Shown: one piece after another, positions 40,029 through 51,102 of the stretch
How the letters are laid out: each line of letters starts with the position of its first letter
Numbering within the stretch: the first letter of the stretch is position 1
The notes under the pieces: model-generated
What the model was told of the DNA's origin: nothing
Seen by the model: the letters and a program-made list of their open reading frames with translations, nothing else
The model's database searches: none
Made by a program: the position numbers and the translations under genes
Assembly: GCA_963826525.1 (NCBI GenBank)
Contig: CAWGXH010000003.1
Coordinates: 448,001 to 512,000 of the forward strand
DNA from: an uncultured Methanomicrobiaceae archaeon
Lineage (GTDB): Archaea > Halobacteriota > Methanomicrobia > Methanomicrobiales > Methanoculleaceae
Reading direction: 5' to 3'
Length of the DNA: 64,000 nucleotides

Positions 40029-40213
40029 TGTCCGTGCCAGCTTCCCGCATGTACCCCGGATGATTCCCCGTTGTGCCGAAGTCACGAGCACCCGGCTCAT
40101 CGTATGAGATGAAACGTCTATTCCCTGTGCCGTTACGTGCTGTACTTCGGGTAAGGGTAGACTTATATTATCAACTCTGTATTCGGAGTGCATACTTAAC
40201 GAGGAGAATTGAA

Positions 40214-40615
40214 ATGTCTTCATCATCTGATAGAAAGGCGTCTTTTGGGAATTCGGAGCGGATACTGGCAGTTTTGTTTGGAGTGGGAATCATCGTGGGC
40301 TTCCTGTTGACTCCGTTGGGATTCGAGACTCGTATGAATGAACTGCGGACCCCGGCGTTCGCAGCGTTTTTTGTGATCGTGGGGTTGTTGCTTCCGATAG
40401 CCGGACTGGTTTTGCTGTTCCGAAGACCAAAACTCGCCGGTGTTCTGGCGGTAATCGACGCTTCGCTCCTCTTCCTCACCGCACCCGCCGACCAGGCATT
40501 GTTTTTCTTCACGGTTCCCCCTCCGCCTGCCGTTACGGCCGGTGAGTACATTCTCATCTTCGTGGGAATCGGCTATATGCTGTACGGACCGCGAGTCTAT
40601 GACAGGTGCACGTAA
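40214..40615 (+). CDS. Hypothetical 4-TM membrane protein
   Basis: GAGGAG RBS before ATG 40214; four hydrophobic segments. Confidence 0.7.
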   Translation: MSSSSDRKASFGNSERILAVLFGVGIIVGFLLTPLGFETRMNELRTPAFAAFFVIVGLLLPIAGLVLLFRRPKLAGVLAVIDASLLFLTAPADQALFFFTVPPPPAVTAGEYILIFVGIGYMLYGPRVYDRCT

Positions 40616-40942
40616 GGCAACGTGAACTCATTCACTGGCAGAAGAATCGAGACCACCCAGAACCCCCTAGGATTTATACTGCCCCTGATGCCCCTTTTTT
40701 TGTTGAATGATCCGATAGGAGTGCTTCGATTCGGATCGATCTTTCCATCCGCGGCCATTTCTGGGACGTGCTCCACGTCAGGGATAGGTTGGATATGTTG
40801 GAAAAGGGGCAATGAGCAAAGAAAGTATAATTCATTGATTGTTTTTTGTGGTATGATGGGGATTATTACGATGAGAACAGGGCGCAAAATATCGGTTTAT
40901 TTTAATAGTTGAAACTGGCTATTTTAAAAAATAGGGATATCT

Positions 40943-42370
40943 GTGATCAAATATTTTAAGCGTAACAAGTCCGATGTAAAAAAGAATCTGCCTTTTTTTA
41001 TAGATCTGGCAAAGAAAACCAAAAAAGAAGATTTTTTCTGTGATTCGCTTCTTTATGCAATCTCTGCCAATCCGAATCTCACAAAAGAACAGTTTTTGGA
41101 CATCTTTTCGGGTATTCCACACGGTCAGATCCCGGATTTCTATAGGTACAACTTCTTCAAACACTTAATTAGGTCCTCCCCGGAGAAAGAGAAGCTGGAA
41201 TGGATGTGGGAAATTGCAAAACAAGTGGAACTTTCAAAAAGTACGTATCCTCTACTGACAGTTGGAAGGTATATCTTGCAGCATCTTGACGAAAACGATA
41301 GTCTGCGAATTGATGTCACCGAACGTTTCACACGATTGAAAGGTAAAACCGTTTTCAATGAAACTCAGCAACAGGTATGGCCTGTTGGTGCCAATTTGAC
41401 CCTTGTAGAAACGTTAATGAAATCTGAGCAGGACATGGGTAACTTTGATGAGTATGCCGATATGTACGATAACGCCCGTTTTCGATACGGAGATAGTGAC
41501 TGTGAATGGCTGCTATACATGAATTTAGCAAAAAATCCACATCTTGACGATAAGAGAACGAGCAAGATATTCAATGAAGTAAAAAAAATTCCGGATGAAC
41601 TGGAACGAGCAATCGTCATGCAGGAATTGCTCAGTCAATCACATATTTCCGGGGAATTATTTGATGAAATGTTTGCATACCGGAAAGAGATCAAATTTGT
41701 GACACTCTGGAATAAATTCTATATCGGAGCTGCCAATAATACTACCCACGTTGGACGCGTGTCTAAATTTTTACATAAATACGTGAAGAACCTTATCAGC
41801 GCCGCTAGTGAAAGATATCTGGTTTTTTCCGGCATGGCGCGAAATCCATCCGTACCCCTTGACCAGATCGATAAGTTGATCGCGATTCTGGAAAAACAGG
41901 TGCGAGAAAATTTCTTCCTTAAAAACGGTCTCATGGCTCGCGAGATGTTCCAGGTGTTTTCCGGTTTACTTGCACGAAAAGGTTTGGGACATGAAAGAAT
42001 AGAGAAAATACTCACGATCTTTTTTGACTATCTGGATACACATAACAACTCGCAGAGAAGACATGAAGATGTCCACCAATGGATGAGCAGGAGACTAAAT
42101 TTGTCTGAATTCGAGATGGATGATGAACTATTTTCTTTTTACATACGAAGAGCGCGTGAAAATGTTCATAAATATTTTCTGTTAGCGCAAATACTGCCGA
42201 ATGTGAATCTTACAGAGAGACAATTCGGTGAAGTTGTCAGGATGCTTGATCGTGCTTACTTCAAAAAAGATACTTTTGTAGGAATCGGAACTTCTTCCTA
42301 TCGGTATGCAGAAAGATGTTTATTATATTTCTGGGTTTCAAACAAATACGTTGACAACAAAGTAACATAA
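40943..42370 (+). CDS. Low-GC hypothetical protein with degenerate helical (LRV/HEAT-like) repeats
   Basis: 475-aa ORF in markedly AT-rich DNA; recurring A.NP.L/V motif (ANPNLT, AKNPHL, ARNPSV, PNVNLT). Confidence 0.7.
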   Translation: MIKYFKRNKSDVKKNLPFFIDLAKKTKKEDFFCDSLLYAISANPNLTKEQFLDIFSGIPHGQIPDFYRYNFFKHLIRSSPEKEKLEWMWEIAKQVELSKSTYPLLTVGRYILQHLDENDSLRIDVTERFTRLKGKTVFNETQQQVWPVGANLTLVETLMKSEQDMGNFDEYADMYDNARFRYGDSDCEWLLYMNLAKNPHLDDKRTSKIFNEVKKIPDELERAIVMQELLSQSHISGELFDEMFAYRKEIKFVTLWNKFYIGAANNTTHVGRVSKFLHKYVKNLISAASERYLVFSGMARNPSVPLDQIDKLIAILEKQVRENFFLKNGLMAREMFQVFSGLLARKGLGHERIEKILTIFFDYLDTHNNSQRRHEDVHQWMSRRLNLSEFEMDDELFSFYIRRARENVHKYFLLAQILPNVNLTERQFGEVVRMLDRAYFKKDTFVGIGTSSYRYAERCLLYFWVSNKYVDNKVT

Positions 42371-42800
42371 CCGGAAAATCTGGGCTTATCTGCTGGTATG
42401 AAAACCATCCTCGCTTTTCATTCTTATCTATGAGCCAAAGGCTCATAGCGCGCTGTGTTGCATAAATATTGAAAACCATTGCTGCTTCCCTCTATTGTCC
42501 ATTCCAGGCCAGTGAGCCCATATTGAATAACTCTGTAAAGAAGCAGGGACTATGCTTCTTTTGGACATTGAGTTGCTATACTTCCTTTTTCACTATCCTC
42601 ATGTAGGAATTATGCAACACGGCACCTGACGTGAAACGTTCAAATAGCAATAGGAATATCAAATCTCACCAGGGTGTATCCTCAGTCGAGCAGAGGTTGA
42701 AAATGATGATGCAGAGAGCATGGTTTTCCAGGAGGGGCAGATCGATCATGAATATGAATACAGGCTCAATGAAGCGTTCCTGGGCAAGAGCTGAGCATGT

Positions 42801-43685
42801 ATGACGCAATTTGATCCTTTCTTTATTGCCATAGGCACGCTGGGCGTGTTGATATTTGTCATTACCAGCATGCTTGGCATGGGGTTTAGCCTGACCATTC
42901 CCCAGATCGTGACCCCGCTGAAGAACAGAAAGCTGATCATCATGTCCCTTGTAGCAAACTTCGTTCTCGTGCCTATCCTGGCATTAGTGATCGTGGGTTT
43001 CATCCCGATCTCTGAGGGACTGAAGATCGGCCTGATTCTGGGGGGTTTCGCTGCAGGGGCGCCGTTCCTGCCCAAGCTGGTACAGGTGGCCAAAGGCGAC
43101 ATGGCGTTCACCGCCGGGCTGATGGTCCTCTTGATGGTGGTAACTATCGCCTATCTGCCCATAGTTCTGCCATTTGTATTGACTGGCGTGCAGGTTAATC
43201 CCTGGGAGATCGCCAGGAGCCTTATCGTATTGATGCTCATTCCGCTCGCGATTGCCCTTTTCATTCGAGCCAGGTATGAAGAAGCGGCCAAGGGCCTCAT
43301 CCATCTGATGACCATGGCTGCCAACCTGTCTCTGGCGGCAATGTTCATCGGATATTTTGTGGGTTATGCCGATGTAACCTATGGAGTTCTTGGAACCGGC
43401 GGAATTCTGGTGGCCATCCTCCTGGTTGTTGGCGCCGTTATCATAGGCTATCTCCTGGGCGGGACAGATAAGGGCGATAAAAAGGTTCTTGCACTCGGAA
43501 CGGGTCAACGAAATTTAGCCGCCGCGTTTGCCGTTGCCTCCAGCAATTTTGCCACCAATCCAGAAGTCTTGATAGAGGTTATGGACGTGGCAGTGATAGG
43601 ATTTATTATCTTGTTGTTCGTTGCCGGGGAACTTGGCAGGCGCAGTGCACCAGGAGCTGAGAAGAGCGTGAAGGCAGCGACATGA
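42801..43685 (+). CDS. Bile acid:sodium symporter (BASS) family transporter
   Basis: SMLGMG.SL, ANFVLVP, AAGAPFLPKL, GTGQRN. Confidence 0.88.
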   Translation: MTQFDPFFIAIGTLGVLIFVITSMLGMGFSLTIPQIVTPLKNRKLIIMSLVANFVLVPILALVIVGFIPISEGLKIGLILGGFAAGAPFLPKLVQVAKGDMAFTAGLMVLLMVVTIAYLPIVLPFVLTGVQVNPWEIARSLIVLMLIPLAIALFIRARYEEAAKGLIHLMTMAANLSLAAMFIGYFVGYADVTYGVLGTGGILVAILLVVGAVIIGYLLGGTDKGDKKVLALGTGQRNLAAAFAVASSNFATNPEVLIEVMDVAVIGFIILLFVAGELGRRSAPGAEKSVKAAT

Positions 43686-44180
43686 AGGGTATCTGCCCTC
43701 GTTTCGATGGTTATCCGGTCGTTCGAAAGAGACATGGCGGGTTCATTGAGAAGCTATGCGGGTTATATCTCCAAAAACACCCCCACCTATGGTCGTTGTC
43801 ATGGTCACGGCGGTTCGAATTTGCCCCTCGCACCGCTTTTCAGATAGCTATCTCAGAAAATGGCCCCCTATGCCGCTTGTGATGCCACTTCGCCGCCGTT
43901 ATCGTGATGGAACCAAAAAAGAGCCCGAACGCCCGGGTCAACCGTCTCCAGGCCTCGGAAATAAAATTTAAAATCATTCTCTGCACCCCTGAAGAGAATC
44001 CTCACACGCGGTCTATCCCGGATCGTGATGGTGGTCTTCTACGGATCTGCTCTTTTACATTACGATATTCTGTATCCGTTACGGGCTCCAGCCATATGGC
44101 ATCTCCTTTCTGGGCATTCGGCGTTATCGAGGGGTGAATCAGCCAGCTATCCGGTGCAGCACCGTGCCAGTGCTTCACGT

Positions 44181-44484
44181 TTCTCGCATTTCACTTCCGG
44201 GATGTTGCTATTACAAAAATGCCCCCCCCGCATTCGGGCTCAATGTCCTGGTAGCGGGGCTCCTCAGCCTTCTACTGGCGAATACGGCTCCGGCAACTCC
44301 AAGCAGCCCGATACCAAGAATACCGATCAACGCAGCGACTCCGGACTCAATGATATGCAAAAACAGAAGGGCGGCCGCCGCCAATGCGATACACAATCCA
44401 ACAATAAACAGGGATAGCCCGAGTACGGTTTTGTTCATGTGTAAGCTTCTCAAATTCGTTATACGTCTTTTATTATTAAATGGC
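44181..44484 (+). repeat. ~300-bp direct repeat, copy 1 (copy 2 at ~51103..51406)
   Basis: ttctcgcatttcacttccgggatgttgctattacaaaaa ... ttgttcatgtg...cttctcaaattc..ta.acgtcttttat is shared. Confidence 0.9.
44211..44438 (-). CDS. Small 2-TM membrane protein (duplicated)
   Basis: MNKTVLGLSLFIVGLCIALAAAALLFLHIIESGVAALIGILGIGLLG. Confidence 0.65.
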   Translation of the reverse strand: MNKTVLGLSLFIVGLCIALAAAALLFLHIIESGVAALIGILGIGLLGVAGAVFASRRLRSPATRTLSPNAGGAFL

Positions 44485-44693
44485 CTCCTATGACGAGCCC
44501 CGCATGGCCTCGCCAGTTCCCCGATTAGAAAAGAAAGGGGAGGTATCAGCCAACGAGGCTTGAAAACCTCATGCGTCGATTGCGTGATAGATGGGCGAGC
44601 CCTTCCCGCCGATCACATCCCGGTGGGACCGGTGCTCGATCGCCTGCCGGCCATCGGTACCGAGGGATAAAAGCCGGGACGGGTTTGACGGGA

Positions 44694-44952
44694 TTATCCC
44701 AGGAGTTTCTTCTTCGCGGCCGCGTACTCCTCGTCGGACAGGGCGCCTGACTGGTGCAGCTCGGACAGTTTCTCGATCTGTGCAACGAGGTCCTCCGTGG
44801 GCGGCGGTGCCGCCGGCGGTGCCGCTGGAGCCGCCACTGGCGCAGCAGGCGCAGGCCTGCTGACTGTATGCCTCTGGTTGTGCCGTCTGTTCCTCCGCCC
44901 GCCGCTGCCCCATCCTATACCCTGCAGCGAGCGCCAACCCTCTTCCTCTCAT
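44694..44952 (-). CDS. SHOCT-domain small protein (frameshift ~44850)
   Basis: Reframed C-terminus: APAAPPAAPPPTEDLVAQIEKLSELHQSGALSDEEYAAAKKKLLG. Confidence 0.8.
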
Positions 44953-44954
44953 CC

Positions 44955-45407
44955 TCAGGCCCCCGGTGCTGCTATCATTGATACTTTGACTTTCTCAATC
45001 GTCTCCGGCGGAATCCTTCCCATCTCGACCAGTTCGGCATCCGCGCCCATCAGCGCCTCCTTGAACCGGATGGCCCAGAGGTTCTCGATGAGCAGGAGCA
45101 GGCCCGAGCTGTTCTTTGGGAGATTCTCCGTGAAGGCCTCGATATCGCCCTCGGTGAACCATTCGTCCGTGCGACGGGCCACCTCGCGGTAGGCGGCGCC
45201 CGCCTCTCCTTTCAGATCCTCGGCCTCGACATTCACCAGCTTCCCCGTCTCGTCCTTCATGACGAAGACGAGGTCCATCACGCGAATGATACCGTTCTGT
45301 TCCAGGCGGGCGAGCTCCGGTGCAATCTTCCCGGTGAATTTGTTCCCGGGAAACTTCACGATCAGGAAGTCCACGGGACCCATGACTCTGCCAACACTTT
45401 CTGCCAT
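44955..45407 (-). CDS. DUF6325/DUF1269-like protein
   Basis: GPVDFLIVKFPGNKFTG.IAP.L..L...GIIRV.DLVFV.KD ... LLLIENLWA ... GRIP; the usual neighbour of SHOCT genes. Confidence 0.75.
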   Translation of the reverse strand: MAESVGRVMGPVDFLIVKFPGNKFTGKIAPELARLEQNGIIRVMDLVFVMKDETGKLVNVEAEDLKGEAGAAYREVARRTDEWFTEGDIEAFTENLPKNSSGLLLLIENLWAIRFKEALMGADAELVEMGRIPPETIEKVKVSMIAAPGA

Positions 45408-45753
45408 ACTCATCACCTTTGTCGGGGTATGGAGGACACCATCCTCATGGAGATATATAAAGGCTTGGAACTCACGTTCCGATCGCCGGATGGATGTATC
45501 CTGACCCGGAAGGTATGACGGCCAAAGCCTCAAAGGTGCTCATGCCTCCGGCTGGCGGAGGATGCCCGATCGGCGCGAGTGCGATGGAAGGTCGCTGCTT
45601 TTGACCTCCGGAGAGGCGTCTCGATGGGACGGTCCCTTTTTCGCTAAGTCCCGGCCGACCCCAGAGGGTCCGGATAGAGCGACGCCAGGAGATCAAGCGC
45701 AGCTGTGCCGAGACGACCACAAACTAAATGCAATCCTAAAATTAAGATGACAT

Positions 45754-46506
45754 ATGGAAACCAATCCAATTTTTAAGATTTTTGAATCGTTTCCCAGGCA
45801 GGGGGCGGGGGATGATGAGCACACGGGAAAGGCATTTTCACTCATCGCAGAACCACCAAAAGGAGGTGGTGAGATCCTTGATGTTGGTTGCGGGAAGGGT
45901 GTACAGACGATGGCCCTTGCCCGCCTGTGCCCGTCCTGCAGGATAATAGCGACAGATATACACCAGCCTTTCCTCGATGCGGTGGATGAAAAAATTGCAG
46001 CCGAAGGTTTTTCCGGGAGAATCAAAACGGTCTGTGCATCTATGGACGATCTTCCCTTTGGAGAGGAGTCTTTCGACATTATATGGGCTGAAGGATGTTC
46101 ATCCATCATAGGCATCGAAAATGCCGTCAGGTACTGGAAAAAACTCCTGAAACAGGGGGGATACATGATGATCTCGGATATATTCTGGTTTACGGAGACC
46201 CCCTCTGATGAGGCACGGGAATTCTTCGCCGAATTCCATCCCGCAATGATGATCGAAGATAAAGGATTTGAGATCATCCGGAATGCCGGGCTTGAGCTGG
46301 TTGGATCCTTCAGGCTTCCTTCACGAGTATGGGAAGAAAGTTTCTACGGTAGATTGAGGGAGAAGTTTGGAGAACTCGAAGAGGAATATGCAGATGATGA
46401 GGGCGCTCTGATGGTCATTGAGGGGTTGAAAAGGCAGACCAAAATCTTTGAGAAATACTCGGATGAGTTTGGGAATACATATTATGTAATGAGAAAACCA
46501 TTGTGA
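45754..46506 (+). CDS. Class I SAM-dependent methyltransferase
   Basis: PRQGAG, ILDVGCGKG, SMDDLPF..ESFDIIWAEG, LKQGG. Confidence 0.9.
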   Translation: METNPIFKIFESFPRQGAGDDEHTGKAFSLIAEPPKGGGEILDVGCGKGVQTMALARLCPSCRIIATDIHQPFLDAVDEKIAAEGFSGRIKTVCASMDDLPFGEESFDIIWAEGCSSIIGIENAVRYWKKLLKQGGYMMISDIFWFTETPSDEAREFFAEFHPAMMIEDKGFEIIRNAGLELVGSFRLPSRVWEESFYGRLREKFGELEEEYADDEGALMVIEGLKRQTKIFEKYSDEFGNTYYVMRKPL

Positions 46507-46629
46507 AGAATAGTAGATGAAAGCACTTCTCATTTTTCACGTTTAATAAACATAGAATACGTCAATATTTTCAATTCTTCTAAATCCGGCCTTTATTCAA
46601 TGATTTTCCAGGCCATTACGATATGATTC

Positions 46630-46895
46630 TTGGGCTCCGGTCGGGATGGCCGCGATGAGCCAGTCGGTTCACTCGATCACCGGGCTTGTGGAGCAGGTAC
46701 CCTGTGAGACGTCCTCCCGCTACCATCTCAAGAAACTGGATATGGGCGAGTTGGAACGGAAGAGCGCTGCTATCCTCGCTCACTTCGTGCATCACGTCCT
46801 GAAACCCGGGACCGCGTATCAGTTCGCGATCGACTCCACCGACGATCCCTGCTACGGGGCGGCCACCGGCGAGAACGAACCCTTTTATATACTTC
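46630..46895 (+). mobile_element. ISH3-family transposase remnant
   Basis: PCETS.RYHLKKLDM..LE.....IL......LKPG..YQFAID.TDDP.YG resembles the N-terminal part of archaeal ISH3 DDE transposases; truncated. Confidence 0.65.
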
Positions 46896-46913
46896 GATGC
46901 GGGAAGGAAGAGC

Positions 46914-47546
46914 ATGGTAGTACCGGTCGATGCAATACGGTCGATCCACAATGCATTCAGGAAGGACATGGCGCAGATCGACGCCGCAGCCGTGGATCTG
47001 GCTCGAGGAGATTCAAGTGCTTCAGTCATCCTCGAACGGTTCCGGTTTCTTAACGAAGCGCTCGATTGGCATGCCAAAGGGGAGGAGGCCGGGGTCTTTC
47101 CTGCACTTGAGAAGGTCGCACCCGATGTCGCCTGGCCGTATGAACGGGATCACCGCGGTCTGGATGAAGCGTATGGCACCCTGAACCGGGCGTATACCGA
47201 TATGGACCGCCTGCAGATCGCCCGCGCCAGCGCCGCTCTCCGTTTCCACCTCAAAATCCATCTGGCGAAAGAAGATGCCCATCTCTACCGTATTTTCGAG
47301 GAGCGAATCCCTATCCCGGAACAGAAGAAGGCGCTGGGGATCATGGCGGCCAGCGTCCCGCAGGAACGGTTCCTTGAACTGGCGGAGTGGTGGATTTCCA
47401 TGGTCGGGCAGGGGGATCGAGAGAATATTATCCGGATCTGGCAGATGGTGCTGCCTCCTCCCGCCTTTGCCGAAGTACGGGAAGTCATTCAAAAGGTCAC
47501 CGGCAGCGATTGGATTGAACTTACGCGGCGGATACCGGGTCTCTGA
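46914..47546 (+). CDS. Hemerythrin-like (HHE cation-binding) domain protein
   Basis: IHNAFRKD, HAKGEE..VFPAL, DH, HLKIHLAKED. Confidence 0.82.
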   Translation: MVVPVDAIRSIHNAFRKDMAQIDAAAVDLARGDSSASVILERFRFLNEALDWHAKGEEAGVFPALEKVAPDVAWPYERDHRGLDEAYGTLNRAYTDMDRLQIARASAALRFHLKIHLAKEDAHLYRIFEERIPIPEQKKALGIMAASVPQERFLELAEWWISMVGQGDRENIIRIWQMVLPPPAFAEVREVIQKVTGSDWIELTRRIPGL

Positions 47547-47864
47547 CCCTGGCCGGGTCGAAGGCGCCGGGGTAAGGGTGTCTCGCTGGAGTTCGCCGGC
47601 TTGGGCCCGTCTTCTCGCATGTTCGTATTGGGTAATAGGTATCTCGAAAAATGCCTCCCTTATGGCGGCTGTGATATCACCTATTCCTGATATCCCTGCG
47701 TCATCTGCACGCTCGTACTATTCAGGTTACCGCAGTGCGGGGACGTGATGCCTACGGACCAATTACCCATCCCGTTGCCCAAAAGCTATTTCAATCCGGG
47801 AGGGAACAACGGGGGTCGATTCCTCGATACAAAAATTGTGGGAAGGGATGAAAGAGGGGTGTAA

Positions 47865-48476
47865 ATGGAGAAACCATTGTATCGAATCGGTTTCTGGTCG
47901 GCGTCTGTAGCATCTGTTGCAGTATTAGGATTCGATATCGCTCAAATTCTGCAGATTATAGGCACGCTTGGGCATCCATGGGATGAGATTCTGATCTACG
48001 GATTTTCCCTTTTTATTGCAACGCCATTTATGCTCTCTTTGCTTGCACTGCACTACATCACACCGGAAGTGAAGAGATTTTGGAGCCATGCGGCGGTTCT
48101 CTTTGCCCTGGCGTATGCCATATATGTCAGTTTTAATTACGTTGTTCAACTGACGGCTGTCATTCCGTATGCCGCCCCCGAACCGGTTCTTGTACAGACA
48201 CCGCACTCCCTCTTCTGGACTGCCGATGCATTGGGATACATCGCATTGGGTTTTGCTACGTTATTTGCGGTCCCGATATTCGCGAAACAGGGGCTACAGA
48301 AGTGGGTCCGGTGGTTTTTCCTGGCCAATGCCCTGATCACGCCGTTGATTGCCTTCGTCTATTTTTATCCGAATTTTTCCACGGCATTGCTGCTGCTGGG
48401 TTCGCCGTGGATCGTGACCACGACAGGCTCGATAGTAGTATTAGCGCTCTTTTTTCGGAGCGGAGCGGAACTATGA
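47865..48476 (+). CDS. Hypothetical 6-TM membrane protein
   Basis: RBS GAGGGG; six hydrophobic segments. Confidence 0.75.
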   Translation: MEKPLYRIGFWSASVASVAVLGFDIAQILQIIGTLGHPWDEILIYGFSLFIATPFMLSLLALHYITPEVKRFWSHAAVLFALAYAIYVSFNYVVQLTAVIPYAAPEPVLVQTPHSLFWTADALGYIALGFATLFAVPIFAKQGLQKWVRWFFLANALITPLIAFVYFYPNFSTALLLLGSPWIVTTTGSIVVLALFFRSGAEL

Positions 48477-48786
48477 AGCAAGAATATAGATTTCAAAAAT
48501 GTCCCTGAAAGCGTGTTATGACGGTTCGTGACCGGACACTATGCGGACGATTGGGATCTGGAACCAACGGCATGACGAGCCGGATGTCCAGAAAACCATG
48601 GTCGGAAATTCTCATCTCCGAGCAGAAGCGAAGGTAAGATTGTATGGCCATTGAATCTAATAGACGCAAGGAATGAGCTTCTTGATCTTGCGAGCATACT
48701 CTTCGCATTCTTGCCCGAACTTGGCGGACAGAACCTTCTCTTCAACTCTGATCCTGTGAAGCGGCCCGTATGCAGCAGACGTGTGT

Positions 48787-49898
48787 TCACCAGTACATCT
48801 TCAATAACGGGATTTTGCGGAAGACAAAGTGTGTCGCTGCAAAGCATAACGGAACGCAGATGACGCAGAGCATGAGCCATGTAGCAACCGGGTACAACAC
48901 GACCGGGCTGAGCAGTAGAGCGACTGCGACGATGATCGGAGGATGGAACATATAGACTGCAAACGAATTGTCCGACAGTTTTTTGACCAACGTACCCTGG
49001 CGGTTGAATTTCTCCCTGAAGACGGCGATCAGTCCGATGCTCATGGCAACCGCTACAAAAGATTCCCATACCGAAAATCCTGCGCTCTGCCAGGTCAGCC
49101 CTCCCTGCAGGGCGGCCACATCTCCACTTACCGTGGCTGCTATCACCAGCGCCAGCCATGCGAGGAAGCCCAGAGCGATACCGCTGATAAGCCACCTTTT
49201 TCCGGTTCGATAGCTGATCCCGGCGAACAGGTTGTTTCTGTACGCCAGGATACCCACGACGAAAAGGGCGATGTACAAAGCGAAGTAGCAGAGCTGCATG
49301 TTCAGGACGCTTGTCCCGATCGGCTGGACGATCCGGATCAGAAAGGCGGAGACGGCGATGATCAGGATAAGGATGACTGCCCTGGCAAACGAGGGCTCAA
49401 GCTGCTTTTGGTCAGGTGCAGGAGCGGACCTGCGGGGAATCAGACGCACCAGCCCGTACATCAGCGAAAAGCCAAAGAGCGCCACCGCGAACCACATCAC
49501 CCCGGTGCTCGAGAGAAAGCCGATAATGTCAAAGCCGGTCCACGGATTGCCGAGTTCTACGTATTCGATGAACGGCGTTATTGCTACCATATAGATCAGC
49601 GTAGGGATGATCAGGCGCCGGAACCTCTCTTTGCCGAACCGGCCGAAGCCTTTCCGGTCGTACTCCCTGCGGCAAAATAGCCGGCGATCAGAAACAAGAG
49701 CCCCAGGAAGTATGCCTGTTGAAACGATAGGTAGAATGCAAACCAAATGGTGGATAGCGTGTCCAGTTGCGTGTTTGCAATATGGTACCAACTGCCAAAG
49801 CCGCTGTATGTCACTGCCAGGTGATGCATGACGACAAACGCGATTACCGTCAGTCTCAGATTGTCGATGTAATGGAGCCTTTCCTTGACGTTCCCCAC
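48787..49898 (-). CDS. Acyltransferase-3 (OpgC/MdoC-like) membrane protein (frameshift ~49660)
   Basis: RLHYIDNLR...VVMHH...Y, LLFLIAGYF, ERFRRL.IP, MWF, YMFHP. Confidence 0.82.
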
Positions 49899-50404
49899 TT
49901 CATTTCGGATTGAGACGGCTGTCAATCGAGACTCACTTCCACTTCGTGAGTATCTCTTCTCGTCGGAACATAAATGTACTCAAGAAGAATAGAGCCGCAC
50001 CGGCGATCACGAGAATGAGCGAAATGATCGGAAGGGTATTGATGTCGAATATTATAACTCCTGTCGCTCCTGCAACGAAGACGGCCCTAAACGGGATAAA
50101 CACGAGCTCTCCCTCACGTGCCTGTTCATAGTGAACGGTTTATTTATTCACCTAATTATATTACTGTAATTAAATAATATTGCATCCGATACGAGAATTA
50201 TAGTTATCAGGCGTGCAGGGTGTTTACCGGAATAATTGCAGTTCCTGCAGGGAATCTCCGGGGCTGTCACGCTGTTTCCGGGATCTACTGCCTCCCGGGA
50301 GAGATCTGTGATGCACTTCTCCGGCACTCATGTACCGGCGGATGACCGTTCGTTCCTGTTTGCGAGCAGTTTGCAGTGCAGGAGGTGGAGATGCGCGGTC
50401 CATT

Positions 50405-50490
50405 CAATCCCTTCAGCATTCTTCTTCAGATAACGGAGCGTCCCATTCGAGAACCCCGTTTTTTCATTCCGTGTACGACATATTCAGGAG
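50405..50490 (-). pseudogene. Second copy of the probable Cas1-solo C-terminal remnant
   Basis: Reframed: LLNMSYTE(W)KK.GFSNGTLRYLKKNAEG; same TGG->TGA lesion as the copy at 39.5 kb. Confidence 0.5.
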
Positions 50491-50530
50491 GAAAGGATTT
50501 TCTTTACCGGCAAACATTACGGAATACATC

Positions 50531-50944
50531 ATGCACCAGGTAATCTACTACTCGAGGGGTGGCAACACCAAAAAGGTGGCGGACGCGATCGCGGGGGAAC
50601 TGAGCGTAACAGCGGTAGACGTTCAGGCCGCTTCTCTTGAGGCGGGCGACGGCGTCGTGTTCCTCGGCTCCGGCTGCTACGGCGGCAGGCCCGGGGAACA
50701 CATGCTGAAATTTATCGAGGCGGGCGACTTCCGGGCTAGAAGGGTCGCCCTGTTCGGGACGTCCGGGGGAGGCGCGGGCAACGAAGTAAAGGGCATGGAG
50801 GCGGCCGTGAAAGAGAAGGGTGCCGAGGTGCTGGGGAGCTACTTCTGCAAAGGTCAAACCGCCCTGCTCGTCAACCGCGGCCACCCGGATTCCGCCGACC
50901 TCGAGGCTGCCAGGACGTTCGCCAGGGAGATGGCCGGCCTGTAG
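50531..50944 (+). CDS. Flavodoxin, copy 2
   Basis: VIYYSRGGNTKKVADAIA, FLGSGCYGG, VALFGTSG; paralog of 39589..40028. Confidence 0.9.
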   Translation: MHQVIYYSRGGNTKKVADAIAGELSVTAVDVQAASLEAGDGVVFLGSGCYGGRPGEHMLKFIEAGDFRARRVALFGTSGGGAGNEVKGMEAAVKEKGAEVLGSYFCKGQTALLVNRGHPDSADLEAARTFAREMAGL

Positions 50945-51102
50945 GTGCCGTCGATAAGGCCGACTGATCATCGTTCGGATCGCTTGGGCCAGCCCTACCT
51001 GCGCTGCCCTCGGCGGCCCCGATACTGATGATCGGTTCGTCGTAGCCAGGTCGAAGGCGACAGGAAAGGCGTTTCGCGGGAGTTCACCGGTTTAAATCCG
51101 TC

